Positions 1 through 9,885 of a stretch of 64,000 bases of DNA are shown one piece after another; within the stretch, counting starts at the first letter, position 1; each line of letters opens with the position of its first letter. A model generated the notes under the pieces. That model was not told the DNA's origin. It saw only the letters and a program-made list of their open reading frames with translations, and ran no database searches. The DNA is taken from the NCBI GenBank assembly GCA_965216685.1, contig OZ244195.1, forward strand, positions 209,610 through 273,609, given 5' to 3'. A program made the position numbers and the translations under genes. The DNA comes from Acidimicrobiales bacterium (GTDB lineage Bacteria; Actinomycetota; Acidimicrobiia; Acidimicrobiales; SZUA-35).

Positions 1-1
1 G

Positions 2-430
2 CTACAGGTCGATCAAATTGCCGACCATGCACTGGTGGCTGAAGTCGATCGGCTGGTCGAAGAGGCCGAGCCCGACGTCGTCTTGAGCCACTGGGTCGGC
101 GACAGCCACAGTGACCACCGCAGGGTGGCCCAGGCCGTCATCTCGTCCAGCCGGAGGTGGGACGCCTCGATCTACGCCTTCCGGCCGGGCGAACTTCGAG
201 CCGTCAGCCAGCTCGGCTTCAGCCCGACGATGCTGGTCGACACCACCCCGTTCCAGGAAACCAAGTTGGCCGCCATCAGCCAGTATCACTACCAGGATCA
301 ACGATTCCAGGCTCTCGACGGCGGCGACGTCAGCACCACCGATCGGTACTACGGCTCGCTTCGGCGGACATCGTTCGCCGAGCCGTTCATCGTGGTTCGA
401 CAGTTCGAGTCGGCCACGCTGCTGGCCTGA
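2..430 (+). CDS. LmbE/PIG-L family deacetylase, 5' end cut by window edge
   Basis: The frame is open from base 2, with no stop before the GTG at 35. PDVVLSHWVGDSHSDHRRVAQAV resembles the D-x-H-x-D-H region of PIG-L/LmbE deacetylases. The N-terminal HPDD-type motif is absent, so the gene probably starts left of the window. Confidence 0.6.
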   Translation, partial: LQVDQIADHALVAEVDRLVEEAEPDVVLSHWVGDSHSDHRRVAQAVISSSRRWDASIYAFRPGELRAVSQLGFSPTMLVDTTPFQETKLAAISQYHYQDQRFQALDGGDVSTTDRYYGSLRRTSFAEPFIVVRQFESATLLA

Positions 431-466
431 GGCCGGACCCGGCCGCGGCCCTTGGTGGTAAAAGCC

Positions 467-1558
467 CTACAGCTTTTCGATCCCCCGGGTGACCAGGGCC
501 GCCCAATCCCGTACCGGTGGTTCATAGTCCCCGACCGGGCTGAGCCAGCAGCCGATCCGCCGCAGTCGATCCCGAACCCGTTCACTCGTATCGGTCACCG
601 GACCGGAAATCGTCGAGGCCCCGAGGTCGATCACCGTCAGCGACCGATGGGGCAGTTGCCGGGGGTCGGTGTTCCCGTCGACGATGACCACATCGTTTGG
701 TCGACAGTCGTGGACGGCATCGGCGGAGCCGACGACGTGCACGGCCGGCGTCGCTCCCGGCTCGGACGGGCGGAGCGGTCCCACCGCTTCCTGTAGCCGA
801 CGGCGACGTTCGTCGGGCGAGACGGCCACAGCGGCCGGACTCACCGGGCGGGCGGGATTGCCGGCGGCCAGCACGCCCGGCCCGATGTCGGTGGCCACCA
901 CGGATCCGGCCGACACGATACTCCCGGGCCCGATGGTGACACCGGGCAGAATAACGGAACGGCTCATGCACACTGTGTGAGAGCCGATGGTGACACCGGC
1001 TTCCGACCAGGGGTACCCGTCGAGGGTCGACTGGCAGTGACCTCCACCATGGGTCAACAGCATGGCCTCGATCGAAAGGGCACCCAGGCCTGCCAGCTCG
1101 ACCGGGGCACCTACGTTCAGGCTGACGCCGGCCCCGAGGACCTGGGCCGGTCCCACGGTCAGTGAGGCCGCAGCGTTCTCCCAACCGCCACCCCCGATGT
1201 CGATGTTCTCGTTGGCCCACAGCTCCGGCCCCAGCACACAGCGCCGGGCTCGCAGGCGGAAGTTGGTTGACAGTTTGGCCCGACCACCGATCGACAGTCC
1301 TTCCAGACAGCGGAGGTCGCCGTCCGAATAGATGATGACGTTGTCGGCCACGTCGAGCTCGGCGGCCGACACGACCACGTCGCGACCGAAGTAGCAGTGG
1401 TCGCCGATGACGCCAACCTCAGCCGTAACCTCGGCCCCCAGGGCAAAGCGGGTGTGGTCCCCGACGGTGAAGCCTTGGTCCTCCAGGTGATGATGGTACT
1501 CCTGTGAGTAGGCCTCGTCGGCCTCTGACCACAGGCAGTCGGTCGCCGTCACCACCAA
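467..1558 (-). CDS. hexapeptide-repeat (left-handed beta-helix) acyl/acetyltransferase with an extra C-terminal domain
   Basis: Repeated [LIV]-G-x-x-x-x hexapeptides (GSHTVCMSRSVILPGVTIGPGSIVSAGSVVATDIGPGVLAAGNPARPV). It lies 9 nt downstream of the acyl-AMP ligase on the same strand. Confidence 0.7.
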   Translation of the reverse strand: MVVTATDCLWSEADEAYSQEYHHHLEDQGFTVGDHTRFALGAEVTAEVGVIGDHCYFGRDVVVSAAELDVADNVIIYSDGDLRCLEGLSIGGRAKLSTNFRLRARRCVLGPELWANENIDIGGGGWENAAASLTVGPAQVLGAGVSLNVGAPVELAGLGALSIEAMLLTHGGGHCQSTLDGYPWSEAGVTIGSHTVCMSRSVILPGVTIGPGSIVSAGSVVATDIGPGVLAAGNPARPVSPAAVAVSPDERRRRLQEAVGPLRPSEPGATPAVHVVGSADAVHDCRPNDVVIVDGNTDPRQLPHRSLTVIDLGASTISGPVTDTSERVRDRLRRIGCWLSPVGDYEPPVRDWAALVTRGIEKL

Positions 1559-1567
1559 ACCGCCCGC

Positions 1568-3265
1568 TCAGAGCTCGCTGACGACGAGTTCGTTGAGATC
1601 ATGCTCGAGAAAGCTTCTCCACAGCGTGGTCCGTCGCAGCTTGCCGCTGCTGGTGCGGGGAATCGAGCTGTCTCCGTGGTCGATGACGGTGACCGGCAGC
1701 TGACCGCCGACCGCTTCCCGACAGATTGTCATCATTCGCTCGACCACGTCGGCGTCGGGGACCCGCTCGAGGACGAGTAGCACGGCCTGCGAACCGTCCA
1801 GATGGGAGCCCATCACCACACAGCCCCGGAACTTCAGCGACGGTCGGGCCGTCCGCAACCGGTACTCGACGTCGTCGCTGCTGACCATTCGACCGTGGAC
1901 CTTGCAGGCCTCGCCGATACGTCCGGTGATGAACACCTCACCGTGGTACACGAAGCCGTAATCCCCGGTGCGGAGCACACCGTCGTCGTCGACCAGTGGA
2001 GTGAGCCGGTCGCCTTCCAGCCTCACCGCGGCCGATGGCGTACGGACCACAACCTCTCCCCCGACATCGTCCCATTGCTCAACCCCCACGGTGATTCCGT
2101 TGAGGGCCGGACCGTTTGACATGACCCAGTTCCCTTGGGACAACAGCTTTTCGGTGGCGTCGAAATCGTCGGCCGACAATTCGACCACACCGGGGTGACC
2201 GTTGGAGGAGGCTATTGCACCGTCGATCGACGACAAGCGGTCGAGATCGATCATCATCGGTGAGCGATTCACGTCGGATCCGGCGATACAGACCGTCGAC
2301 TCCGCCATTCCGTAGGCCGGCATGATCGACTGGGTGCGAAATCCCCGCTCGTGGAGTCGCCGGCAGAACCGGACCACTGCCAGCGGGTCGATCCGCTCTC
2401 CGCCCAGGCACAGTATTCGCCATGGCGTGAAATCCCACTTCGGCAGCGGGTCGGGCAGGCTGCGTAGACTGAATCGCAGGGCGAACGACGGGGAAGCCGT
2501 CATCGTGAACTGATCGGTGCCGAACGAGTCGAGCCAGGCTCGGGGCCGGGTGATGAACTGTTCCGGTGTCATATAGCGGGACTCGAGCTGGGAGGCGGTG
2601 GTATTCAGCATGCTGCCGACGAGACCAAGATCGTGGTACCACGGCAGCCAGGTGACGGCCTTGTCGTAGTGGCGGGTGTCGAGCCACTGACGGATGGCCT
2701 CCAGGTTGGCATCGAGGGCGTCGGGGCTGACACCGAGGATGGAACCGGCTCCCGTCGTACCCGATGTCATCTGCAGATAGGCCAGCTCCGATTGCCGTCG
2801 AGCGGCCCAATCGTCGCCCCGGCATGCCTCGATGTCGATGACGTCCACCTCGGCCTCGGCCACTGCCGAGCGCACGGTGCCGCCGGAAGACGAATCCACC
2901 AGAATCGCCCGACAGTCGGCCCGGGCCACGGTGTTCAACAACCGTTCACGAAACTGCTCATCCGACTCAAAGCCCCGGGATGCCACCACCAGCGGTGGAA
3001 GACCGGCCCACGTGGCGGCATACCAGGCAATGAACAGCTGCACGCTCACAGGGACGACCAACAGTAGATGGGAACCAGGCGGAAATCTGGCCTGTAGAGC
3101 AGCCGATGTGGAGCAAATGGTTGGAGCAAGGTCGGTGAATGAGTACCGCTGCCACTCTCCCGATTCCTCCAGAAACGAGATACCCGTCGACTCGTGCGGA
3201 CCGTCAAGCCAACCAAGAAAATCCATGGGGCGACATGCTAGCATTGGCAGCATGATCGATTCCAT
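1568..3265 (-). CDS. fatty-acyl-AMP ligase / AMP-dependent synthetase family
   Basis: Adenylation motifs are present: LQMTSGTTGAGS, YGMAEST, TGDYGF, SSGKLRR. The ORF track extends to 3388, but the first ~40 codons overlap the divergent oxygenase region. Candidate starts are 3265, 3253, 3244 and 3226, and the true start is uncertain. Confidence 0.75.
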   Translation of the reverse strand: MESIMLPMLACRPMDFLGWLDGPHESTGISFLEESGEWQRYSFTDLAPTICSTSAALQARFPPGSHLLLVVPVSVQLFIAWYAATWAGLPPLVVASRGFESDEQFRERLLNTVARADCRAILVDSSSGGTVRSAVAEAEVDVIDIEACRGDDWAARRQSELAYLQMTSGTTGAGSILGVSPDALDANLEAIRQWLDTRHYDKAVTWLPWYHDLGLVGSMLNTTASQLESRYMTPEQFITRPRAWLDSFGTDQFTMTASPSFALRFSLRSLPDPLPKWDFTPWRILCLGGERIDPLAVVRFCRRLHERGFRTQSIMPAYGMAESTVCIAGSDVNRSPMMIDLDRLSSIDGAIASSNGHPGVVELSADDFDATEKLLSQGNWVMSNGPALNGITVGVEQWDDVGGEVVVRTPSAAVRLEGDRLTPLVDDDGVLRTGDYGFVYHGEVFITGRIGEACKVHGRMVSSDDVEYRLRTARPSLKFRGCVVMGSHLDGSQAVLLVLERVPDADVVERMMTICREAVGGQLPVTVIDHGDSSIPRTSSGKLRRTTLWRSFLEHDLNELVVSEL

Positions 3266-3290
3266 CAGCGGGGAAAGAGACTCCCGGCAG

Positions 3291-4181
3291 GTGATCCGCC
3301 TGAACGATCTGTCAGCCCGAAAGTTCTGCTCGGCCGACGAGCTCCTGGCCGGAAAATTGGTCAAGGAGCCGTTGATCGCCAGGGACATTTCCAGCGTCGC
3401 CGGCCTCGACGTGGAGCTCAGCGACGAAGACTACGCCACGCTGGCCGCCGAGGAGGTGGCGTCGCTGCTTCAGGTCGGCCTGATCTTCGAGGCCTGTCTC
3501 GGTGTCGGATTCTGCTATGAACTGGTCCGCACGTCAGGCCCCGGCTTCGCCAGCCCCGACACCGAATACCAACTTCACCAGATCGGGGAGGAAACCCGGC
3601 ATTCCCGCTTGTTCGTGGAGTTGCTGCGGCAGATCAAACCGGAGGCCGGGAATGACTTCGACAGCCGGCCGGCCCGCTGGCTACGGGGCCGGTTCGCCCT
3701 GTGGGCGGCCCGCCGGCCGATGTTCTTTCAGACCCTGGTGCTAGGGGGCGAGCAGATTCCCGACATCATCCAGAAGCAGGTCGCCCAGCACCCCGACAGC
3801 GACCCGCATCTGGCCGAAGTCTGTGCGTATCATCGAGCGGAGGAGGCCCGCCATATGGTGTTCGCCCGGCTGTCGTTCGGTCCATTGTGGAATTCGACAA
3901 CCCGGTTCGATCGCCTGCTGGTCCGCTATCTCACACCGCTGGTCCTGTGGTCGCTATGGGATGCCTTGGTCCATCCCGGCATGTACCGCGCCGTTGGGCT
4001 ACCCGGATGGTCCACATGGAACGCTGTTAGGCAGGAAAGCGGACGGGTTCGGCTCCGCCAAACAGCAACTCGGGCCACGCTGCGGGCGCTCAAAAAGGAG
4101 GGGGTATTCGAAGGAAAGTCGGTGCCGCGGCCATGGCGGTCGCTGTGCGGAGTCGACCGGCGAGGCCGTCCGATTGACTAG
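3291..4181 (+). CDS. ferritin-like diiron oxygenase (AurF/diiron-oxygenase-like)
   Basis: Two E-E-x-R-H motifs (GEETRHSRLF and AEEARHMVF), each preceded by an upstream Glu (IFEA, GGEQ), fit a four-helix-bundle diiron site. The ORF track starts at 2832, but 2832-3290 is antisense to the ligase. A GTG at 3291 follows a purine-rich stretch, and an ATG at 3252 is an alternative start. Confidence 0.55.
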   Translation: MIRLNDLSARKFCSADELLAGKLVKEPLIARDISSVAGLDVELSDEDYATLAAEEVASLLQVGLIFEACLGVGFCYELVRTSGPGFASPDTEYQLHQIGEETRHSRLFVELLRQIKPEAGNDFDSRPARWLRGRFALWAARRPMFFQTLVLGGEQIPDIIQKQVAQHPDSDPHLAEVCAYHRAEEARHMVFARLSFGPLWNSTTRFDRLLVRYLTPLVLWSLWDALVHPGMYRAVGLPGWSTWNAVRQESGRVRLRQTATRATLRALKKEGVFEGKSVPRPWRSLCGVDRRGRPID

Positions 4182-4320
4182 TTGAACCCGCTCCGTGATG
4201 GTTGACCGAGAGAGTGGCATGAGATTTCATCGACCTCTATGATCATGCATGCAAGAGGGCTCTCATCATCGAGCGGGGCTTTCTCCCAACTGCCACCACA
4301 TCTGTGTTCAGGAGGCCATC

Positions 4321-4746
4321 GTGCGAATCGAGGATGTGTCCAACCGAGCCGAACTTGAACGCGCCATTGCCGATCTTTCCGACGACGAGATCGCCGAGAA
4401 GGTGCAGGAACTCGGCGCCGATCTGGTTCTGAAGAAGCTGTTCACGGTGTGCGCCGATGTCTACGATCCAACCAAAGGACCCCGCTCGGAGACGGTTGTC
4501 CACTGGCAGGTGTCCGACAATGGAGACACCCACGACTGGTACATGATCGCCGATCGGTCCCGGATGATCTGCACCCAGAGCCATAGCGGCAGCCCTACCG
4601 TCACCGCCAGGCTCGAAGTGCCGTTGCTCATGCGGATCATGGCCAGGGTCAGCAATGGTGTCGTCGAGGTGGCCAAGGGGCGGATACGGCTCTCCGGCAA
4701 TGCCATGGCGGTCATGGACATGGATTCATGGTTCCCGGCGGACTAA
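4321..4746 (+). CDS. SCP2 sterol/lipid-carrier domain protein
   Basis: The GTG at 4321 lies 5 nt after a GGAGG site. The C-terminal GRIRLSGNAMAVMDMDSWF resembles the SCP2/alkyl-sulfatase C-terminal fold signature. Confidence 0.55.
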   Translation: MRIEDVSNRAELERAIADLSDDEIAEKVQELGADLVLKKLFTVCADVYDPTKGPRSETVVHWQVSDNGDTHDWYMIADRSRMICTQSHSGSPTVTARLEVPLLMRIMARVSNGVVEVAKGRIRLSGNAMAVMDMDSWFPAD

Positions 4747-4758
4747 CAGACGCCGACA

Positions 4759-5691
4759 ATGCTGCTGGTTGAAGGAGTATCCAAATCCTATGGTGACGTT
4801 GTTGCCCTGCGTGACGTGTCATTCGACATCGAACCGGGAGCCATCGTCGGACTTGTCGGCCCCAACGGCGCCGGCAAGACGACACTGCTCAGCATCATCG
4901 TCGGCATCCTGACCGCTGACCGGGGAACCGTGACGATCGCCGGATACGACGTCGCCAGCCAGCGACGTCACGCCGTCAAGAACGTCGGCTTCGCCGCCCA
5001 GGAGACCGGGCTCTACCCCCGGCTGACAGTGGGTCGGAATCTCCAGCACTTTGCTCGGCTGGTCGGTGTCCCCTGGCACAGTGCCCGGCAAGAGGTAGGT
5101 CAGGTTGCGTCCCGACTCCAACTGGACGACCTTCTGGACCGACGGGTGAGCGACCTCTCCGGTGGAGAACGCCGCAGGGTGCACGTGGCCGCCGCTCTCT
5201 TTGGCCAACCCCGCCTCCTACTGTTCGACGAAGCCACGGCCAACGTCGACGTCGACGCCCGGTCCGACTTCCTCGCAGTAGTGCGGATGATGGCCGAACG
5301 GGGTGCCGCCATCTTGTTCAGCTCGCACTATCTCGTCGAGGTCGAGCAACTCGGTGCCGAGGTCCTGATGCTCTTCGACGGCACGGTCCGAGCCCGAGGA
5401 TCGATCGACGACCTGGTGCGGGGCCACGGCAGTGCCCAGTTGGAAGTCCGGTTCGATGAGCCACCCGCTGTCCTACCCGAGCTGCCCGGCCTCCGGGTTG
5501 AACGGCGGAAGGACGGCCTGTGCATCAGCACCGAATCGGGGGCAATCGACGTTCCCGCCGTGCTGGCCTCGCTCAACGATCGGGGCCTGCCGGTCACCGG
5601 CATGGACTTTCGACCGCCGAATCTTGAGTCCGTCTACGTCAACTTGAGGTCGGAACACTCCGACATCCTGGCCGGATCAGCCGGACCATGA
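4759..5691 (+). CDS. ABC transporter ATP-binding protein (DrrA-like exporter type)
   Basis: Walker A GPNGAGKTT, signature LSGGERRR and Walker B LLLFDEA are present. The stop overlaps the start of the permease gene. Confidence 0.9.
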   Translation: MLLVEGVSKSYGDVVALRDVSFDIEPGAIVGLVGPNGAGKTTLLSIIVGILTADRGTVTIAGYDVASQRRHAVKNVGFAAQETGLYPRLTVGRNLQHFARLVGVPWHSARQEVGQVASRLQLDDLLDRRVSDLSGGERRRVHVAAALFGQPRLLLFDEATANVDVDARSDFLAVVRMMAERGAAILFSSHYLVEVEQLGAEVLMLFDGTVRARGSIDDLVRGHGSAQLEVRFDEPPAVLPELPGLRVERRKDGLCISTESGAIDVPAVLASLNDRGLPVTGMDFRPPNLESVYVNLRSEHSDILAGSAGP

Positions 5692-6446
5692 ACCGATTCC
5701 AGCGGACGGTGGCTGTCAACGACATGGCCATCATTGCCCGCGATCCGACGGTCATCGTCATGTTCATCCTCCTACCTCTGGCCGCCATGAGCATCTTGGC
5801 GCCGCTGACGTCACTGGCCCTGCAGGACTCGGGCTTCGTCGACGCCAACGGTTCGGAGCAGGTCGTTCCCGGCATGGCCACCATGTTCGCCTACTTCGCC
5901 GTCACCTTCCTCGGCATGTCGATGCTGGACGAGCGTAACAACAACACGTGGATCCGCCTTCGAGCCTCACCGGCCACCCTTCTCGATCTCTACGTCGGAA
6001 AGGGCTTCACCCCCTTTGCCCTGGCCGTGGCCCAGCAAACCGTACTGTTCATCCTCGGTGCGCTGTTTCTCGGTCTTCGGTTCCAGGGTTCGATCCTAGG
6101 TGCGGTCCTGGTCGGCATCAGTTTCTGCCTCAGCCTGGTGTCCCTGGGGATGGTCGTCGTTTCCGTAACGAGCTCGCCGCAGCAGGTCTCCGTGCTGGCA
6201 AACCTGTCGTTGCTCATATTCGGAGGATTCGGTGGAGCATTGGCCCCCATCGAGGTGATGCCGTCGTGGGCCCAACAGATCGCCCCGTTGACCCCGGGCT
6301 ACTGGGCCATAACCGGATACCGACGGTTCGTCCTCACTGACGCCGGAGTGGGCCAGTCGGCGGTGCCGATTCTGGTGTTGTTGTCGATGTCGGCCGCTCT
6401 GGGCGCTCTCGCCATCCGTCGACTACAAGGCGAGGGGTCGAGATAG
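5688..6446 (+). CDS. ABC-2 type transporter permease
   Basis: About six hydrophobic segments. The gene is translationally coupled to the ATPase (ATGA overlap at 5688-5691). Confidence 0.8.
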   Translation: MNRFQRTVAVNDMAIIARDPTVIVMFILLPLAAMSILAPLTSLALQDSGFVDANGSEQVVPGMATMFAYFAVTFLGMSMLDERNNNTWIRLRASPATLLDLYVGKGFTPFALAVAQQTVLFILGALFLGLRFQGSILGAVLVGISFCLSLVSLGMVVVSVTSSPQQVSVLANLSLLIFGGFGGALAPIEVMPSWAQQIAPLTPGYWAITGYRRFVLTDAGVGQSAVPILVLLSMSAALGALAIRRLQGEGSR

Positions 6447-7732
6447 TGGACGCCGTCATCCCCGGCCGCGATCGATCGGCGGCGACCGATCGGCGGACGG
6501 TCCGCGAGCTTTCACGCCGTCACCTCAACCGAGGTCTGTCGACCCTGCACGATCTCCTCAACCTTCCCATGGAGGTCCATGGCGAGGGAGCGGTGATCAA
6601 GGCCGATGACGGTATCGAGTATCTCGACTGCAGCGGCTATGGAGTGTTCTTTCTCGGCCACCGTCACCCCCGGCTGGTGGCTGCGGTGTCCGAGCAGTTG
6701 CAGTCGATGGCTCTCAGCTCACGCCTGTTGCCGAACAAGGCGCTGGTCGAAGCGGCCGCCGCCTTGGCCGACGTGGCACCAGCGCCGCTTACCAAGGTGA
6801 CGTTCACCAACTCCGGGGCCGAGGCCGTCGAGCTGGCCATCAAGTTGGGGCGTCTCGGCGGTTGCCGCCGCCTCGTGGCCATGCGGGGAGGATTCCACGG
6901 CAAGACGATGGGTGCGCTCTCGGCCACCGGCCGAGCCCGGTATCGGGATCCGTTCCTGCCTCTGCTCGACGACGTGCTCCATGTGCCCTTCGGCGAGGTC
7001 GAGGCGCTCGAATCCGTCCTGGTCGGACGACCGCCGGCCGTCGTTCTCATCGAACCGGTGCAGGGTGAGGGCGGTGTGGTCGAAGCACCGGCCGGCTATC
7101 TCGGAGCGGCAACCCGATTGTGTCGGGAGACGGGATCGATTCTGGTGTTCGACGAGATCCAGTGCGGTCTGGGGCGAACCGGACGGTGGTGGGCCTGTCA
7201 ACGAGATCCCCGGGCCAACCCGGACATCCTGCTCAGTGGGAAGTCGTTGGGCGGCGGCATTCTGCCTTGCGCTGCGGTAGTGGCCACCACGTCGGTGTAC
7301 GAACCACTCGACCACGAACCTCTGATGCACTCCTCGACCTTTGCCGGCAACCCGCTGGTGGCCCGGGCCGTGACAGCCACCATCGAGGTCATAGAGAGCG
7401 AAGATCTGGTGGCCAGGGCCGATGCCTTGGGCCGCAGGCTGGCCGGCCATCTGCAACCGTTGGCAGAGCAGTTCGACTCACTGGCCGAGGTCCGGTGCGC
7501 CGGCCTGCTCATCGGTTTGGAGTTCCACGATCCGACGAAGGCCTTGATGTTCCTGGAGAACCTGCTCGACCAGGGAGTGCTGGCCTGCTGGTCGCTGAAC
7601 GCCGACACCACTGTTCGGTTGACACCACCGGCGATCCTGAGCGAAGACCAGGCCGACCGGGTGGCCGGCGCCGTGGCCTCGGCCGTGGGCTCTCTTCGAT
7701 CGTCACCTCTATCAGGGAAGAAGATGAAATAG
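6446..7732 (+). CDS. class III pyridoxal-phosphate aminotransferase
   Basis: SGAEAVELAIKL, FDEIQCGLGRTG and the PLP-lysine context LLSGKSLGGG are present. The GTG start overlaps the permease stop by 1 nt. Confidence 0.85.
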   Translation: MDAVIPGRDRSAATDRRTVRELSRRHLNRGLSTLHDLLNLPMEVHGEGAVIKADDGIEYLDCSGYGVFFLGHRHPRLVAAVSEQLQSMALSSRLLPNKALVEAAAALADVAPAPLTKVTFTNSGAEAVELAIKLGRLGGCRRLVAMRGGFHGKTMGALSATGRARYRDPFLPLLDDVLHVPFGEVEALESVLVGRPPAVVLIEPVQGEGGVVEAPAGYLGAATRLCRETGSILVFDEIQCGLGRTGRWWACQRDPRANPDILLSGKSLGGGILPCAAVVATTSVYEPLDHEPLMHSSTFAGNPLVARAVTATIEVIESEDLVARADALGRRLAGHLQPLAEQFDSLAEVRCAGLLIGLEFHDPTKALMFLENLLDQGVLACWSLNADTTVRLTPPAILSEDQADRVAGAVASAVGSLRSSPLSGKKMK

Positions 7733-8206
7733 ATGGGTTCCTTCAAAATCAGAAGCTACGTGCACGATGCGCCAACGGCCGACGCGTACAAGCTGGTCTC
7801 CGCCTTCGAGGAGTACCCCCGGTTGTGCGATGCCGTCGTTTCGGTGGATGTCGTCGAAAGCGGCGACGGGTTCCTGGTCAGCGCCTGGGAGGTCCACTTC
7901 CGGCGCGGCATTCTCCGCTGGACGGAACGGGCCCAGTTCGACCCGGCGGCCCAGCGGATCACCTTCTCCGCCGTCGAGGGAGACGTCGACGAATTCACCG
8001 GCCATTGGCTGATCGAGGAACAGGACGGCGGCTCGATCGTGGAGTTCTTGGTCGACTTCGACATCGGCATTCCCACCCTGGAACACATCCTTGACCCGAT
8101 CGCCGAGGAAGCATTGTTCGACAACATGCAATCCATTCTTCGGAGCCTCTTCGACAACGCCCAACTCGTCTCGGCGGAAGGAAGCACGGCGGAATGGAGT
8201 TCCTAG
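7733..8206 (+). CDS. SRPBCC (polyketide cyclase/dehydrase, START-like) family protein
   Basis: Size and pattern (FEEYPRL...W...F..G...W.....FD......I.F....GD.DEF.G.W) are typical of the cyclase/dehydrase lipid-binding fold. Confidence 0.6.
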   Translation: MGSFKIRSYVHDAPTADAYKLVSAFEEYPRLCDAVVSVDVVESGDGFLVSAWEVHFRRGILRWTERAQFDPAAQRITFSAVEGDVDEFTGHWLIEEQDGGSIVEFLVDFDIGIPTLEHILDPIAEEALFDNMQSILRSLFDNAQLVSAEGSTAEWSS

Positions 8207-9306
8207 AGCGGGCCAGACAGGTTCTGGTCGACGCCCTCCCGGAGCTTCACGACAAACTGGCGGCCCAGGAATCGAGCCAGTGGAATCATGGTGACCACGG
8301 AACGGAGGCCATTGAATGGTTCCGGCTGTCGGGCGGCCCGGGTTTGTTGATCCCCGAGGATCTGGGAGGTGCCGGACTGACCGCGGTCGAAGCGGTCCGG
8401 CTGCAACGAGGTCTGGGGTCCATTGACCCGGCCCTGGCTGTGGCCACGACAATGCATCACTTCAGCGTGGCCACCCTGTTGGAGATAGTCGACTCGGGAT
8501 TGGAGTCCATCCTGCTTGAAGGGATTGCCCGGGAGAACCTGATCGTGGCCTCCGGCTTCGCCGAGGGATCGCCCCGATCCGGGCTCCTGTCACCGACGAC
8601 GACCGGTGTCGAGGCAAACGGGACCATCACCCTCAACGGTCGCAAGAGACCGTGCAGCCTCAGCCGCTCGATGGATCTGCTGGCCGCCAGCGCCGACATT
8701 GGCGGGCGGATGGCGGTCGTCATGATTCCGGCCGGGCTGGCGGGAATCGAGATCGTCGACTGCTGGCGGTCACCGGTGCTGGCGGCCACGCAGAGCTTCG
8801 AGGTCCGCCTCCACGATGTACAGATACCGGCCAAGATGGTGTCGTATGCCGACGACACCGAGCTGTTGGACCGGGCACAGATCGGTGGCTTCACCTGGTT
8901 CATCGCCCTTATGACGGCGTCGTACGTCGGCGCGGCATCGATCCTCCTTAACCAGGCTGTGGCCCGCAATGACGAGTCGATAGCGGAAGAGTTGGCCCTC
9001 CTGACCTCCCAGCTGGAAACGGTCATGGCGGCGGTGGAATCGGTGGCCCGACTTCTCGAGGAGCCCGAACGGGATGAGCCTCTGCTGGCTCGAGCCATGA
9101 TGGTGAAGACAACAGCCGATCGGGTGATCGGCGATGTCGGTCTGGATGCCTTCCGTCTGCTCGGTGGTGGCGCATTCATGACCCGTGAGCTGCTGCCCCT
9201 CCAGCTGGCAACAACCCAGGCGGCCGGGTTCCACCCTCCCAACCGGGCCGCCGCGGCCAGGGCCATCGCCGACTGGATGGCCGGCCAACCGCTCATGCTG
9301 GACTGA
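8194..9306 (+). CDS. acyl-CoA dehydrogenase-like protein
   Basis: The length and three-domain layout are ACAD-like, with a C-terminal helical domain (FRLLGGGAFMTRELLPLQ). Catalytic residues were not verified. Confidence 0.55.
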   Translation: MEFLERARQVLVDALPELHDKLAAQESSQWNHGDHGTEAIEWFRLSGGPGLLIPEDLGGAGLTAVEAVRLQRGLGSIDPALAVATTMHHFSVATLLEIVDSGLESILLEGIARENLIVASGFAEGSPRSGLLSPTTTGVEANGTITLNGRKRPCSLSRSMDLLAASADIGGRMAVVMIPAGLAGIEIVDCWRSPVLAATQSFEVRLHDVQIPAKMVSYADDTELLDRAQIGGFTWFIALMTASYVGAASILLNQAVARNDESIAEELALLTSQLETVMAAVESVARLLEEPERDEPLLARAMMVKTTADRVIGDVGLDAFRLLGGGAFMTRELLPLQLATTQAAGFHPPNRAAAARAIADWMAGQPLMLD

Positions 9307-9339
9307 GACGGGCGGCGAGCTGTGATCCCGAGCAGGGAC

Positions 9340-9885
9340 CTACTGCTGCACGAAGGCCGCCGGACTCACCGACAGTTGCATGCTGAGCAATAGCCAGTCC
9401 CGGGCGATGGCCAGCGCCGGAAAGGTTCCTTCCGGGTCTCGGATGCTGGGCAGGCCCTCGCCGACCGAGTCCATATGGCGATCGACGGCGGTCAGGAGTC
9501 GAGTCGTCCACCGCCGGTAGCCGTCGACGGTTTCCTCGTCGGGGGCCGTCGACAGGCCAAGCAGCTCGGAGATCGTTTCGGGATCGACCGACGAGAAGAC
9601 CTCCTGGTATCCGGCCGTCGGAACCTGGGTGTAGCCAATTGGTCCCCCAGCCCTGGCACTCAGCACCGACAGCACCGACAGCACGAGGCGGCGCCCCATG
9701 ATCGGCAGACAATGAAGGTACTGGGGATGGCTGCCGGCCGTCTCGATGACCCCCTCGATGTCCTCTATTCGAGCCTGCACATCGAGAAAGGTGCGGAACA
9801 CCATCGACGCCTGCCCGGCGGCGTGAACCCGGATGTCGTCGAACTTGTCGACGATGCTCACCGGCTGATCGTGGTCTGCGCTCAT
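9340..9885 (-). CDS. hypothetical protein, coupled to the upstream nucleotidyltransferase gene
   Basis: It shares a 4-nt start/stop overlap with 9882..10880. I recognise no family. It contains a VLSVLSVLS repeat. Confidence 0.4.
   Translation of the reverse strand: MSADHDQPVSIVDKFDDIRVHAAGQASMVFRTFLDVQARIEDIEGVIETAGSHPQYLHCLPIMGRRLVLSVLSVLSARAGGPIGYTQVPTAGYQEVFSSVDPETISELLGLSTAPDEETVDGYRRWTTRLLTAVDRHMDSVGEGLPSIRDPEGTFPALAIARDWLLLSMQLSVSPAAFVQQ

Noticed and set aside
2832-3290. The N-terminal extension of the diiron oxygenase ORF, and likewise the 26892..27290 extension of the DUF3156-like ORF.
   Set aside because: The first overlaps the acyl-AMP ligase on the opposite strand and the second overlaps the permease gene in another frame. 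Neither shows a conserved pattern, and better starts with coupling or ribosome-binding sites exist downstream.
6446-7732. The class III aminotransferase as the phospholyase of an RMM-type microcompartment.
   Set aside because: It lies more than 20 kb from the shell genes, inside a different operon with its own logic. No aminoglycoside-phosphotransferase-like kinase is seen near the shell genes.
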